Origin: Mizuhopecten yessoensis | Lineage: Eukaryota | Direction: 5' to 3' | NCBI RefSeq assembly: GCF_002113885.1 | Contig: NW_018480040.1 | Location: 186,001-250,000, forward strand | Length of the DNA stretch: 64,000 nt | In this document: positions 13,428 to 26,859 of the stretch, one piece after another | Numbering within the stretch: position 1 is the stretch's first letter | How the letters are laid out: each line of letters starts with the position of its first letter | Notes under the pieces: model-generated | Seen by the model: only the letters and a program-made list of their open reading frames with translations | What the model was told of the DNA's origin: nothing | Databases searched by the model: none | Position numbers and translations under genes: made by a program

Positions 13428-14766
13428 ACATGTATATATCTCTGCCTACAACGTAAGAGTCACATTCCCTTAACGACAATTAATTGATAAACTATTTTAA
13501 TAATAATAGCAAATCAAAGTTTGCAACATGTCAGTTTACATGACCCTTGAGTGGAAATAGCGGAAAATCATAACAGTAAGCTGCTACATAGTTACCGGAC
13601 GTACATTGTGTTATGTATAATAGGGTTCGAAAAAGAAATATTTATCCGGATACGATAATTACAGTTTTTAGCTTAGACAATGTTGTGTTACATGCCATTA
13701 CCATATGTACAAAAATCATAAAAAAATCAGTCACACAAAAGTATACAACATATTTACTGGAAACATATAAATCAGCACGAAATTGTACATTTTAAAGGTT
13801 TTATAATGTCGTCACAAAATTCCTCATGATAATATAGTTTGATACCCCTTATGAACAATTCATGTCGAGAAATTTACAAGAGACAATGTTTTGGCGTTTT
13901 TATTCAGTAACGGAGAAATCCGTAACTGTACTGTCGTGCAGTACGTTTTAGCGGCAGCGATATAAGATGTCTGTCCAGCCGATGAGAGAAGGTAACTCCT
14001 CGCTTTATTCACCTAGCCTGTCTGAAATACACTGCAAATACATGTATTTATTTTGAATCAAAACTCATCTTCCAACATCATCTTAATCTCAAACATTGAT
14101 ATAAATGATCAAGTGAGCTATTGATACATGTATCGTACATTCTGCGGTTTGCAATTCTCTCTGCGGCACCCTCTCATGATCAGTGCGTGCATGTTCTAAT
14201 CAAACCTGTTCGTTTTTATTCAAATCCAATATCTGATTAGAAGTATATATCATGATACTTATATTTTTTTTTACTTGCGATTTATTATGTAAATTCAGGA
14301 ATGCGTTGTGTGTAAACTCACACTCGTAACGGGCACTGTGCTGTCGGTCAACAGCGTAGTGCTGTACCAATCTCCAAGCAGAGTTAAGCTACTTTCCCAC
14401 ATATTCTTGGTCACTCCCTTTAAGCGTGATTGAAAAGGAACGACAACTCTAGGTAGAGATTGGTACTGTACATGTTTACTTCTCATTGAAAGGCCCGGAT
14501 ATTCCGCTATTTCTGTCTTATCTATTTTTATCACAGGCTTTCCCAAAAGATGAAACTGGCCACACTGGACGTTGGCGTCAGGCAAAACCATTAGCAACTA
14601 CGAAAGCGTTCGTTGGCGTAATTTAATGTTATAAATGTACTGGCTCTAGCCATGTCCTTATCATACCATACCACACACTTTGCTTACCTGTAAAGTTCCT
14701 GGTAAGATACACTCAGAACGATAAATGGTCGAGTCAAATCACGTGTCTCTTGCTGTCGTGGATAAC

Positions 14767-14786
14767 AGGTGAAAGGTCAGGGGTCA
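14767..14786 (+). promoter_or_regulatory. Three tandem nuclear-receptor half-sites forming overlapping DR1 elements, upstream of the putative 5' exon of paralog A
   Basis: AGGTGA-A-AGGTCA-G-GGGTCA, about 80 bp upstream (minus strand) of a strong donor CAG|GTAAGC at 14687. Confidence 0.45.
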
Positions 14787-15121
14787 AAATTTAGATCGAG
14801 CTATAACTCTGAACCGTACAATATGATAACACACGCTGGCGTGTAATTGATAATGTGACACTACATAAGTATATTTATGACGAGGAATATTATTTTATTT
14901 AGATAGCATGCATCAACTCACTGAAAAAGAATTTGTGCAATATCGCAGAATATTGATTATAATAGAGATATACATATATGTCGTCTGCTCATTAAGGATT
15001 TTTAAAAAAGAGACCAAAATCCTTCTTTTTGTATTTAACCCATTCTAGATCTATAGCTGTACTTTCTGATCTAAATCTCCCGATGCTCGTTGTAAAATTA
15101 CCAATACTGTATTATGACGTC

Positions 15122-15212
15122 TTAACCCTTTCACCACTGTAGACCATAATGGACTCATCCATATCCATGCATGGTAGAGTCTATTAAAACTACATAGGGG
15201 TGAAAGGGTTAA
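15122..15212. mobile_element. 83-bp piggyBac-type MITE with TTAA target duplication
   Basis: TTAA-CCCTTTCACC ... GGTGAAAGGG-TTAA. Confidence 0.8.
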
Positions 15213-15555
15213 AGTTGTTCAATGAATCAACAATGTACGTGTTCATCATGCATGGCATACACTCCATTTTGTCGTGAACAAGCAATTAATCAGTGAATAG
15301 TATTCATCCTTTTTAAAGCTATGCTAACAATGTAATTGAACTCAACTCGTTCTCATTCAATCAAATTTGAAAACATTTCTCTAATAAAATTTATTTCCAA
15401 AACTCACCAAAATCTCCTTGTCTTTACATACTGATTTTTTCACATGAAACGAGATTGGAGATTGTCACGGTACGACTCGGTGGGGAGGAAATGTATGATG
15501 ATGAGGCGATGCGGCGTTATTTGTATTATTTGTGATTGTCTGACTATGATATTAC

Positions 15556-15637
15556 TTGTTTATTTAAATGTTGATAGGAGATGTCTTCATAAGTTGCAAT
15601 TTATGAAGACATCTCCTATCAACATTTAAATAAACAA
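15556..15637. repeat. Near-perfect 82-bp palindrome
   Basis: Perfect 37-bp arms around GTTGCAAT. Confidence 0.9.
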
Positions 15638-15715
15638 TTGTGCCAAATCCATTTTACCCGATTGGACAATAAACATGTTTAAAGTCAAAAGTGCGGCGTT
15701 TGAAGTTATTTAAAC

Positions 15716-15866
15716 AATAACTGGTTGTCTGGATGTAATTATTGTTGATATACTTACAAGTGGCCTCTGGCAAATCCCATAAAACCCGCTAGGGTTTTAT
15801 GGCAGATTTGCCAGAGGTCACTTGTAATTATATCAACAATATTTACATCCAGACAACCAGGTATTT
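15716..15866. repeat. ~150-bp palindrome
   Basis: ctggttgtctggatgtaa...ttacatccagacaaccag arms. Confidence 0.8.
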
Positions 15867-17117
15867 TTTATATTTACATATTTTTCTTTTTTAAGACATA
15901 TTCCTACAAAAACCATTTGCCCTGCCTCAAAATACATTTCAGGCGGCCATTTTGTTTGTTTACATATTCCTACACCTGAAACAGGCAGTTGTAATTATAG
16001 TCGAGCAGTTGTAATTATAGCCTATATAATTACACTTGCCCTCTAACACTGTTGTAATGGGACGGCGCGGGGCAAATGTAAATATATTGTAATATCATCG
16101 AGTTCAATAGGATGAATTGAACAAAGATTACGTTACGTACAAATGTATACATTTCATGCATGTACAATCTATTTCAAAAACTCAGTGAAATAGTTGGTTA
16201 TTATAATTATTCTTGAGAACATTTGATTGTTTTAAAATTCACACTTTCCGATGTGATTTTCACAAATCATTTTACTTTTTCAAAACTAAACTAATGTGTC
16301 CAACATAGTAATCATTTGTGTGATCTTGAGTAAATCACATCACGAAAGTATGATCTATATATGAACATTGGTGTAGACTTTTCCTACCAACTGATAGGTA
16401 ACACTTCAAAAGTACTTGTGTTGTCAAGAGTCAAAGACCCTGGACGCGTATTCATGGAACTGTTATCATGCTCAAACAGTCTGGCACGGGTGTTGTGCTT
16501 AAAGTAACACTTTTTCGTAACTCGCCTGTATCATGTAACACGAACAAAAGTAAAGTAAAGTGTTTACATTGAAAACGGCATTCGGCTTCGCATATTAGTC
16601 TCTTAAAAATTCTTCCAAATTATGGAAAATTGTGATTTTTTAAAAATCAATTTATTACCAAAATAGAAATATGGGCTTGAGCACAGAATATGAGTATGAG
16701 CATGAGAACGGTTTTATGAATACGGCCCAAGGAGACACATTTTTGACACACAATATCAGAATACAGAGTGAAAGTGTACTGTCCGCATTAACAATACACT
16801 TGATTAAGAGTGCAAATATTTTACATTGTGAAAGGAACGTATTTCTCCGAATAAGACATGTAGCTTTGAAAACATTTTGTTCAGTTTTTGTTTATTTTGA
16901 AGGCACAAAAAAACATAAGTTACATACTATTTGTTTTTAATTAGTGTTAGCTTTAAGTAGTCTATATGTATGGATCCATCAGTTTCCACAGAAAGACTTG
17001 TATCACCTCTCTTCCGCCATTGACCAAGAAGATTCGCCCACACCTGGCGAGTCCACTCAACTTTGACATCGACAAAGCTACTGCACATACCAGAGTCCAT
17101 GTTCCTTTCATGCTGAA

Positions 17118-18663
17118 TCATAATTTTGAGACGAAAACTTTGTCGTTTTTTTCATCACCGTACAAATAGTCTGCTTGGAATATTCTGTGAGATTTCAGAT
17201 AAATTGCAAAATAGATTCTCTGTATGTTCTTGCCAAGTATACACATCCAGATTTGAACACGGTCCAGCTTCTCCTATAAATGTGGCATCGGCCTCGAGCA
17301 CGGGAAACTTGCACATGTCGTCGTCATAGTGACGATAGTACCCGGATTGCGACGCTTCTGAAGCACACTCTGCGCAGAATCCGTAATATTCTACAAAATG
17401 GACGTGCAGGTTTACATCTGTGTCACTATATCTTGTGCGACTCATTGTTTTGAAGGCGTTCTTTGGTGGAATGATTTCGTTTTGTATTTCTGTTATCAAT
17501 ACACGATCGTCACTTGAAAATCTGGAACTTTCTTCAATAAACACTGTTGGAAGTTTCCACGGTCTCCTTGTTTCATAATCAATGTTCACCATCTTTGTTT
17601 CAATACGGAACAGTCGTTCCTTTGTAGAGGAATCCAGGATATCATGGAAAACTGTATACGAGGTTGTTCCAACTCTAGGAATCGACACATGTAACAAAAA
17701 ATCATGGTTCTTGACAAAACTTCTTTTATGCAATTTCGGTGAACCAACTGCTTTTTCTCGTACACAAAATGCCTGTTGAAGATGTTTTGTAGGGAATCCA
17801 AGCCGCATCATCTCCGCACTGCCTTCCGCAAGAAATTTTATGGTTCGATCAAAGGAAAGATGTCCTGAAAAAAACATAAATTTATAAAATGTTCATAACA
17901 TATTCCACTACATCGGTGAATGAATGCCTGATGTTATTGGTTAATAGTTATGTGTTATTATTTAAGAAATTATCAACATACGTACGTGTGTTATGGTGGA
18001 CTAAATAACGAGGGTGAGCAAATTTAGGGAAAATGACATGTCATCTGGATAATGTGCGCACAATTTATTTTTCTAGTTCTTAACAATTTGTTATTATCTA
18101 GTTTTCATTATATGATCATGTGACACATAGATGCGACTGATAATTTAACCAGAACAGATGAATTTAAATACATATAAATGATGTTTTGGTGGCATTGCTC
18201 ATATGATTTTAACGAGCTTAATGGTCTCTCTGGGAACAAAATGCTGAAATATATCTCCCTAATTTCCGAGTGGCTAAGATAAAGACAATAATGAATGGCA
18301 GGCTATTCTATCGTTACTGTTTGGAATAACTTAGCTTTTATCGTTACTGTTCGGAATGATTTAGCCTGTATCGTTACTATTCGGAATAACTTAGCCTTTA
18401 TCGTTACTGTTCGGAATAACTTAGCCTGTATCTTTACTGTGCCTTTATCGGTAGTGACTGGTGTGTTCTATAGTTTTCCTTCCATGTAAAGTATTGTTTG
18501 CTGTCCATGAATCAGAACATGTTATGGTTTGTTTACAGGAGAACAGTTATGTTTCACTATAAGGGCAATACATATATAATTTACACCTACCAAACCTTCC
18601 ATAGAGCGCCTGAGGTGGGCGTGGTAATGACACAAGTGGGCGTAATTCGGACTTCGTCTCCAT
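17118..18663 (-). CDS. Thioesterase paralog B with an 8-bp deletion frameshift near the 3' end (current stop 17155, ancestral SKL stop 17118); exons 18663-18591 and 17864-17155; possibly a young pseudogene
   Basis: METKSELRPLVSLPRPPQALYGRF|GHLSFDRT. Carries RYSDTDVNLHV and FIGEA. After WQ the frame shifts; the ancestral frame still reads NIQRIYFAIYLKSHRIFQADYLYGDEKNDKVFVSKL*. Confidence 0.8.
18305..18440. repeat. 30-bp tandem repeat, ~4.5 copies, in the paralog B intron
   Basis: Unit ttagcctttatcgttactgttcggaataac. Confidence 0.9.
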
Positions 18664-20234
18664 TCTGAAACAGTTTTGCTTGGCATCATAAAATGTTCCA
18701 CATCAAGTTGAATTAAAAAAATCCTTTTGTCCCCTAAAATATGAAAATTTCGTTGAGCATATTGCTTATACTCTGTATCTATGCCTCAGCCTTGTAATAT
18801 CCATTAGCTGATTGAGTGTGGTGACGCACCAAAACACACAAAAAAAGTGCTCAAAACATTATATCAAGTCGAAAAAAGCTGTTTTTTTGGCCCAAAAAGT
18901 ATAGTTCCAAATGAATGCCTCTGCTCGCTAGTCAGCAGCATATAGGGTGTGGTGATATACGTATACCATCACACAATCCACTTGCTCAAAATCTTAAACC
19001 TGAAGCTTGCCCAAAACCTTTACAATTTGACCCAAATCCATATTTAATATAGTAGAGATGACGCCTTATAAATGCCTTAAACGTGATTGCCACGTGACTG
19101 CACGTGGCGCAGGTTTTATTCGAGTGTCAAGAGTAGTAATGGGAAAATAAAGTGATATAGTGGCGGTATTTTTTTTTACAATTAAGCAATTGGACCGCCG
19201 AAGGCCAAGCCCAAACAATGGTGATGAGTCTATATGACAAGCGTTTTGTGTTCGTTTGAACGAAGAGAATACAAATATTAACGAAGTCTTGTTTCATGGA
19301 AAGGTGATCTTACGTGTGTAATATCGAGTTATCTATACATTACAATGGTACGCTTACGTCACCTGTCCTCTTCACAGGTGCTCGACACACTTATAAAATG
19401 TGTATGTATACATCATATTAATGTGTATAGCACATGTGTTCCTCTTATTTAACAACCACACACGTACACGTATAAAAAAAATAGCCACATAAGAACTTTT
19501 TAGTCAAAAAACGCATGCATACCTGTAGCTTGTTGAATATTTGTCTTCCCCCTTTTCTATGGTGGCTGTAGCGGTGCTGTTAGTTCTGTGGTTTCAATGA
19601 TATCGGGTTTTTTCTAACGTTTTTTGATCGACAAAGGTTGAAGGATTGGTTTCGTGATTGTGCATACATGTATGACGAATGACGTAATTTTAGTTTAGAC
19701 TGTTCGAATCGGGATTAATATTATCGGTAGCGTATCACTAGATAAATATAAACTTTATTTATTTAACAACAATTATGAAACGAGTATATCAACTTATATT
19801 TATCTATCTTGTTGGCATGTTTGTTTAATAAGCGCTACGCCACCCGGCCACTCTTCACTAGATAAAGGGGAAAACAGACTCCAGTACATATAACGTAAAT
19901 AACAATGCTATGACTGTGATGATTATTGCAATACACATTGATACACACCGCTGCAATGCAATTCGTCAGCTCACTATAAGTGATGAAAGAATGAAAGATT
20001 TACATAAATATATGTCATGGTCCCATCAATGTGAATATATTAGCTGATTGTTTAAGAAAAATAAGAATGAAGAAAAAACACAAAAAGAAAAACCAAGCCC
20101 ATATTTTAATATTAAATATTGAATACTTGTCTGTTTATAAATCATCATATACTCTAACTGTTGCCTTTAATCATTTCTTAAAAAAAAAAAAAACGAAAAA
20201 AAATAAATAGATCTTAGACGATTTCTCCGATGGA

Positions 20235-21682
20235 TTATTCAAGGCCATATCGATAGCGTGCTTGAAATATTCTGGCAGACTTCAGATAAATTGCAAAATA
20301 AATGTCCTGTACGTTCTTTGTATCTTGCCAGGTATACACATCCAAATTTGAACATGGCGCAGATTCTCCGATAAATGTAGCATCAGTCTCTAGAACCGGA
20401 AATTGGCTTATGTCGTCGTCATAGTGACGATAGTACCCGGATTGCGACGCTTCTGAAGCACAGTCTGCGCAGAATCCGTAATACGCTCCAAAGTTTATAT
20501 GAAAATTCACATCTGTATCGCTATATCTTGTGCGAATTGTTGTTTTGAAGGCGTTCTGCGGAGGAATGATATCGCCTTGTACTTCTGTTATTAAAACAGA
20601 ATCGTTACATTTAAAACTGGAGCATCTATCTAAAAACTCTGCAGGGAGTTTCGATGGCTTTCTTGTTTCAGGATCAATGTTCACCATTTTAGATTCAGTT
20701 CGTGTTAAACGCTCCATTGTAGTGGATTCAAATAGATCATGGGAAACGGAATATGACGTAGTTCCAACCGAAGCGATCGACACATGATACAAAAAATCAT
20801 GGTTCTGGGGAAAATCCTTCTCGTGAAGTTTAGGAGAACATACGGCTTTCTCTCGTACAAGGAATGTCATTTTGATGAGATTTGTGGGAAATTCACACTG
20901 TTTAATCTTATCATAGCCTGCCCAGATATATTTCATGGTCCCATCAATGGGTAGATGACCTGAAATCAGACGCGCATTTAATCCACCTTAGTTTATATAT
21001 AATAATAACATTAATTTCAATAGCAAAATGTTACATGAACTTGTTATCGTGACCGAATATAAAATGAAATATATATTTTTTTTCGTTGAAATAAAAGAAT
21101 ACATATTCTAGGTAATAAGCATTGAACCAGATAAGAAGTCTTTAAAAAGATTGTTAACTGTCTGGGAAATTATATGAACTGCGCTATGCGGAACTCACTA
21201 ATTGTTAATGAGATTGTTAATCAAACAGACACAATGGATCATTTTCATCCGATCAATTGTATTTACCATCTTCATTTTCCCTTATCTGTATAATTATAAC
21301 ATTGTGTTTTGATTGGATTATCTTTTTAACAAACATTTAAAGGTAGCGTCATGTTTCCTCCTCCCAAAGGAATGTCTCCGATCATATTTCAAACATTCCA
21401 GGTCTCTCTAGAAAAAAGGATTGCAAATCAATCAACCATGATTTCCAAACCACTGACAGAGAAACACTCATTAATTTATCTAGCAGGATAAAGAACCTTA
21501 ACCGCTATATGATTTTTCAATTTAATAAAAAAAAAATAATAATTAAACATCGCCCCTGTAATAGAAAAAATATGAATATTTCACTAAATAAGTAATAATA
21601 TATACTTACCAAACCTGTCGTAGAGGGCACGAGGTGGGCGTGGTAACGAAAAAAGTGGGCGTACTTCAGATTTAGTCTCCAT
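20235..21682 (-). CDS. Thioesterase paralog C (265 aa, SKL tail lost by a nonsense codon); exons 21682-21610 and 20959-20235
   Basis: METKSEVRPLFSLPRPPRALYDRF|GHLPIDGTMKY. Carries RYSDTDVNFHINF and FIGES. Ends YGLE* where paralogs have E-K-S. Confidence 0.85.
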
Positions 21683-24200
21683 ACTGAAACAGTATAACAC
21701 GACATTAATATAGAAACATTTCGATTTACTATCGCCATTTGTACAGTCCGGTTTAGATGTTAATATTGCCGATGTAATGAAGATACCTTCACAAATGGTC
21801 GTAAATGAAACAATTAACATGGTTTTTGACCATATTAAAAAAAACATCATCGTCAAATGTATTTCTATTCATTAATGCTTTGTACTGAAAATCCTATATA
21901 ATCGTTATCAGTCAGTAAATATTTCGTTTTCAGCAAAAAACATATTTTCTGCGTTTTTCTGAAATTTTGCAAAAACAACACGGAGAATTACATAATAAAA
22001 CATATTGAATGTCAATAGCAGTTAAGAAGGAATGTATACGTAAGTTAGCCTAACCCTACAGTCAGACGATCTTACGTAAGATTATACATTGACAACGTTA
22101 GAATATGACATACATGTAGTTAGACTTGTACCTATTACAAATGTTTCAAACCACATACTCACAACATCATCTTTCTCGCAAATACGCACTCTATGAGAAT
22201 AAGCAGTCAAAAAATCAAAATGCATACACATACCTATCGTTGCCCTCGTTATACAGTTGGAAGATAGAAGTGATTTTGTAACAGCTTAAGGATGTTCTTG
22301 CGTTAACCCCAACGCTTAAATTTTGTCAATGGATAAGAACAAGGTAAAGGGGTTATCGGACATGATGAGATCATGAATCGGTATGGTGATTGTGTATGAA
22401 TGAACTAGTGATATATTTAATGTTTGAACAGTCAGAGTCAAGGTTTATAGCAATAGTAATGTTTCACTACATACAAGCAAAGAACAGATCCAAATACATG
22501 GACAGTTATCGCTGATAACGATTGTAGCCATACATGTTGAAAATAGTAATATACACGGCTACAACTAGTGTTGACAGCTAAGAAATGCCATGGTCGAACA
22601 GAAACTGACCAGGCTCCAATTCTCACTGACAAGTCATCTTCCCGTACATTTTGCGATCATGTTGATCTCATTCTACACTGTCATGTATTAAGATCATCTT
22701 CAGACTAAACTATAGACGACTGTTAACGTCTGTAACTTCAATCAATCGGCTGACCCGAAAAATATTTTTCAACCTTATAATTTTTGTACTTAATGTGTTC
22801 CTTCTCCTATCATACTTTAAAAATGAATATGTCGTTTCTGCAATATCTCGCGTTACATGCTTGGCTGCATAGAGTTGAATGAACTTGACCCTCTACTCCA
22901 TGTCTCATAGGGCAATTATATCTTAGTTGTTCTTTACCGCTATGAATCTTTTACAATTTCAGTCTAACTATGCCGTAGTCACAAGTCTCTACATAGGACG
23001 AATAAAATCCAACATCAACAGGAAAGCTCAAAGCGTAAATAAAGTACGTTTCAGCTATTAAGTTATTGCGCTAGTTTTAAATCCTAGATTTCAATACTTA
23101 AGTATAAGTATATGTGTTCAGACCAATAATGCGTTAATATATATTTCGTTTCTCATACTATACTCGCACTTTTGCTAAGTGAATCTTCAGTGACTCAATC
23201 AAAATATAAATTTTTGTTGTACAATAAAAATTGAAAATGAATAAAACCATGCCTCTTTTCAACCAGTCAAAATTTAAAAAAAAAACATCAAAAATATTTC
23301 AGGACAGAAATACGGTCTATGTTTATCTCGTGTCATTTGCATAATAAATAACTATGACTTGTGAAATAAAATAAGTCTAGGCAAATTATTCAATTTCTGT
23401 AACATTTCACCAACGTATTTTTGCTATTATTTCCCTTTTGCATTCATACATGTCATGTTCTGTTATATACTGTACGTAAGCGTATTGCATGTAATTAATG
23501 AAATCGATAGGTAACTTCCAGCGGTTGTCAGTTGCCAGTAGAATGCGATCATCCGCATAACAAAAATGTTCAAGCTGTTGAATATTTATGAAATTAAAAA
23601 CAATATGCTTAGGACAATCACGCAATATGTCATTTTTACCCTCCGACATTCATATAATTGATGCTTTGCAGCATTGTACGTATTTGTAAAGAAGCTGTCA
23701 GTTGAAAAAGTAGACTTCGGCCTGCCATGCCGTGCCTGAACAATTAGATACACGTTTAATGTATGTGGAGAGACAATAGGTGTCACCTGCCAAACTCATG
23801 TGATTCTGAATGTACATTGTGTAATCTGTTGTGATCTATTAGCCTTTCATGGATTTGTATTTCTCGCACCTCAGACAGAGATACCCCACGTCATATCCCA
23901 TGCTAGATTTGTCTATCTTGTCCGATCTGTCTTGTACCTTTACGTGACATAAATGTTCTGTTTTGTCGTTATATGTATAGTTTTAATGTTGTTAGATATT
24001 TGATGTTGTAGATAAAATATAATCTACACTGTGAAATACGTTGTCATCTTTGTAAGGACAGACTACATTTTTACCCGGAAGCGTTCACATGTAGCTTAAG
24101 TAGTGAAGAGGTCATTATCATTTGAGGCCCAAGGCGGGATACTTGTAGTTTAAAGCAAAATTGAATAGTTTTTTTCGAACTAAAAGGTGCGAGAAAAAAA

Positions 24201-24360
24201 AATCAATTACATGTAACTGAGCAAGATCGGGCTATCTCAGTCTCGGGCTAAGATTATGGAACATCTTAACCTCGGCTTACGCCTCGGTTGGGATTTTGTT
24301 ACAGAATCTTAACCCTCGACTGAGATAAGCCGATCTCGCTCAGTTACAGGTAATAGATTT
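24201..24360. repeat. ~160-bp imperfect palindrome
   Basis: tgtaactgagc...gctcagttaca arms with a CCTCGG-CTTACG-CCTCGG core. Confidence 0.75.
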
Positions 24361-26859
24361 TATAAATCAGATATAGGTATCTAACCCTACTTTTTTAGTA
24401 TATAGTCTATAAACAAGACAGGTGATAATAAATGTATACTTGCACTGAATAGATACATGAGGCAGCTATCGCATATACAGATACATTACACATCCTCGAT
24501 ACTTCAGGGGTTACGCTCAGGTTTGCTCTCTGACTCCTCAGATGTGTCAAAGCAAAATTAAAGGCACTCGGCTAGCTTTTTTATTGGTCTCGGGTAAAGA
24601 AACCTGACTAATCGCTAGTATTATACCCGCCTTTGCAGATTACAGGAGTGCGACACCCGTCTTTAAACCCAGTCAATTTTACCGTTTCGCAACCCCTTAA
24701 TGCTTTTGATGTACATCAAAGGATCAAAATCGTCTTCTTGTCACATCCACAAGGTGGCGCACACTGATCCTTCGATTTTGCTTTGACATATTCCAGTTAA
24801 AGCATCTCAAAAAGAAATAGAATCATCCAAGGTGTTCTATTCCATTTGTTTACGTCACAATCACAATAATAAAAAAAATATTAACAATCTGATATCTCCA
24901 GATGTTGTACACTCGCAATATCTTGTTTTGTTTCTAACTCCTTCAATAGAAAAGCTTTTCCATAATACAATTTCTTGACTTATTCTAACCTAATGATACT
25001 TCTCATTTTAGTTTTCATTGCTGTTTTACAGTCCGACAATGGCGGACACAGAGACCAGATTGCAACCGGGTGACCTTCCTAATGGTTCGCTCAAAGCTCA
25101 TTTGGTTTTCCAATTTACCATACCTCACCTACCTCAATTGTACATTAAATTGAATGTAAGTCTTTTTTAACAAACAACTGAATTTATGATACAGCATTTA
25201 CGAAGTAAATATTTATTCATTAAATGGCAATTCATTAAAATATCATTTTTCGTAAAATGATATTGTTTTTCATTTGTCATTGGTTATCAAGTATTGCTAA
25301 ACCGCCAAGTATCCCCACTTATTTATGCCCTGACATGTGACATATTCCTTATTTATCATTATGATTAATATATGTATTGGCATTTTCCCAGAACATTAAA
25401 TTTAATCAGTGGTTAAGATATAATTTTTTATATTTATAGGTATTGAAATTCAGATAATTGTTAATAAGGAATATGGCAATCTTACAGAAACATAAAAGCA
25501 AGGTTGAAGGTGACGTTATGTAATATTTATATATATATGACACACCGGACCTAGTGATGCCACTTTCGTTTCAGTAACATCCTGAACGCTAATGATACGT
25601 TAAACATCACCTATCTGAAAGGTTTCCGATATAGTTTACATAGGATAACACACCTCACTGATCAACTCGACCTCGTCAGATCACATCTAATCTGATATTC
25701 ATATGACTTTGCTCTTGCTGAAGCTGATATCGTTTTGAGAGTCAAGGGTCGAAAAGTTTGTTAAACTATTACTGTTATCTAGACCCGATGCCCCAACACT
25801 AGCTTTAACACAACACAACAACACAAGCTAATGTAATCATCGACGACGCTACCTATTTTAACATATGATTAGGTACTATATTATATATATATTGTTTTAA
25901 TATTACTTCATTAGACATAAAATTAGCTCGATCAGACTTACAGTTTACTATAACATGGAATCCCAGTGGAATTCATGAGTTTTCGTTGTTTGCTCATAAA
26001 ATAGTACAAAAACAAGAATAATAATATATTTTTTAATTATTTTTTTTCATTAACAAAGGCGTGGTACGTATATTTGCAGTGATGACTGCTTTATTTGGAT
26101 GGAGATATGCTATTTCTTTACTTCATTTGAAGGTCGACATGTTTACATGCTAACTTACCTGCCCTGTTATTTTTATTGTCACTACCGCAGTTCCTGGTAA
26201 GAGGACATGACATAACTTAGATTTGACCAAGATATACATGGCGGATGTGATGGCTGTAGCCAAAGACGCTCACCATTCCGGAACACAAACTCTTAAATCC
26301 TTGCACCTTTTCATTAGTCTCCGTGTAAATCTTTCTTTCCTTATATTTTGACCTTGTTTGATCGATTTCGTGTACAAATTATGGTGTTGTTGAAACTTCG
26401 TTTTTCATCTGCTCTTTTCTTAATTACTTTTTTCATGCAACGGCTAAGTAGCCAGCGCAATAAACGTCGAATTGATCGATGCAATTGTGATTAATTATTA
26501 TGAAATTGCTAAACAGTTTGCCTTGATGGAAGTAATAGTCACTCTCTGAACGACAAAAATAATGATAATTTATTAACACACCAGTCGTGTTTGAAGTACG
26601 TGATGAAAAGGCGTATCGTTAACTTGGTCATACACTGAACCGATGCAGATGCCAAATGTTACATGCAGTGCTATACTAACAAAGTAATGTTAATCCTCAG
26701 ATATAAATGTATGAAACATTGATTTAGCATCCAAATAACTATAACAGACTGTATTTTTAGAGGGGGGGGCGGGCGGGAAATGTCCCTTATTTAAATTGAT
26801 GCTATGCTATGATGAAGAGCTACAATTGAGGTTGATGTCATTGTGATATCGCTGAATTA

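Noticed and set aside
14295-14597. 100-aa minus ORF as first exon of paralog A (contains SLPR)
   Set aside because: Donor phase does not fit; exon 12557-12479 has the right phase, splice sites and DRT motif.
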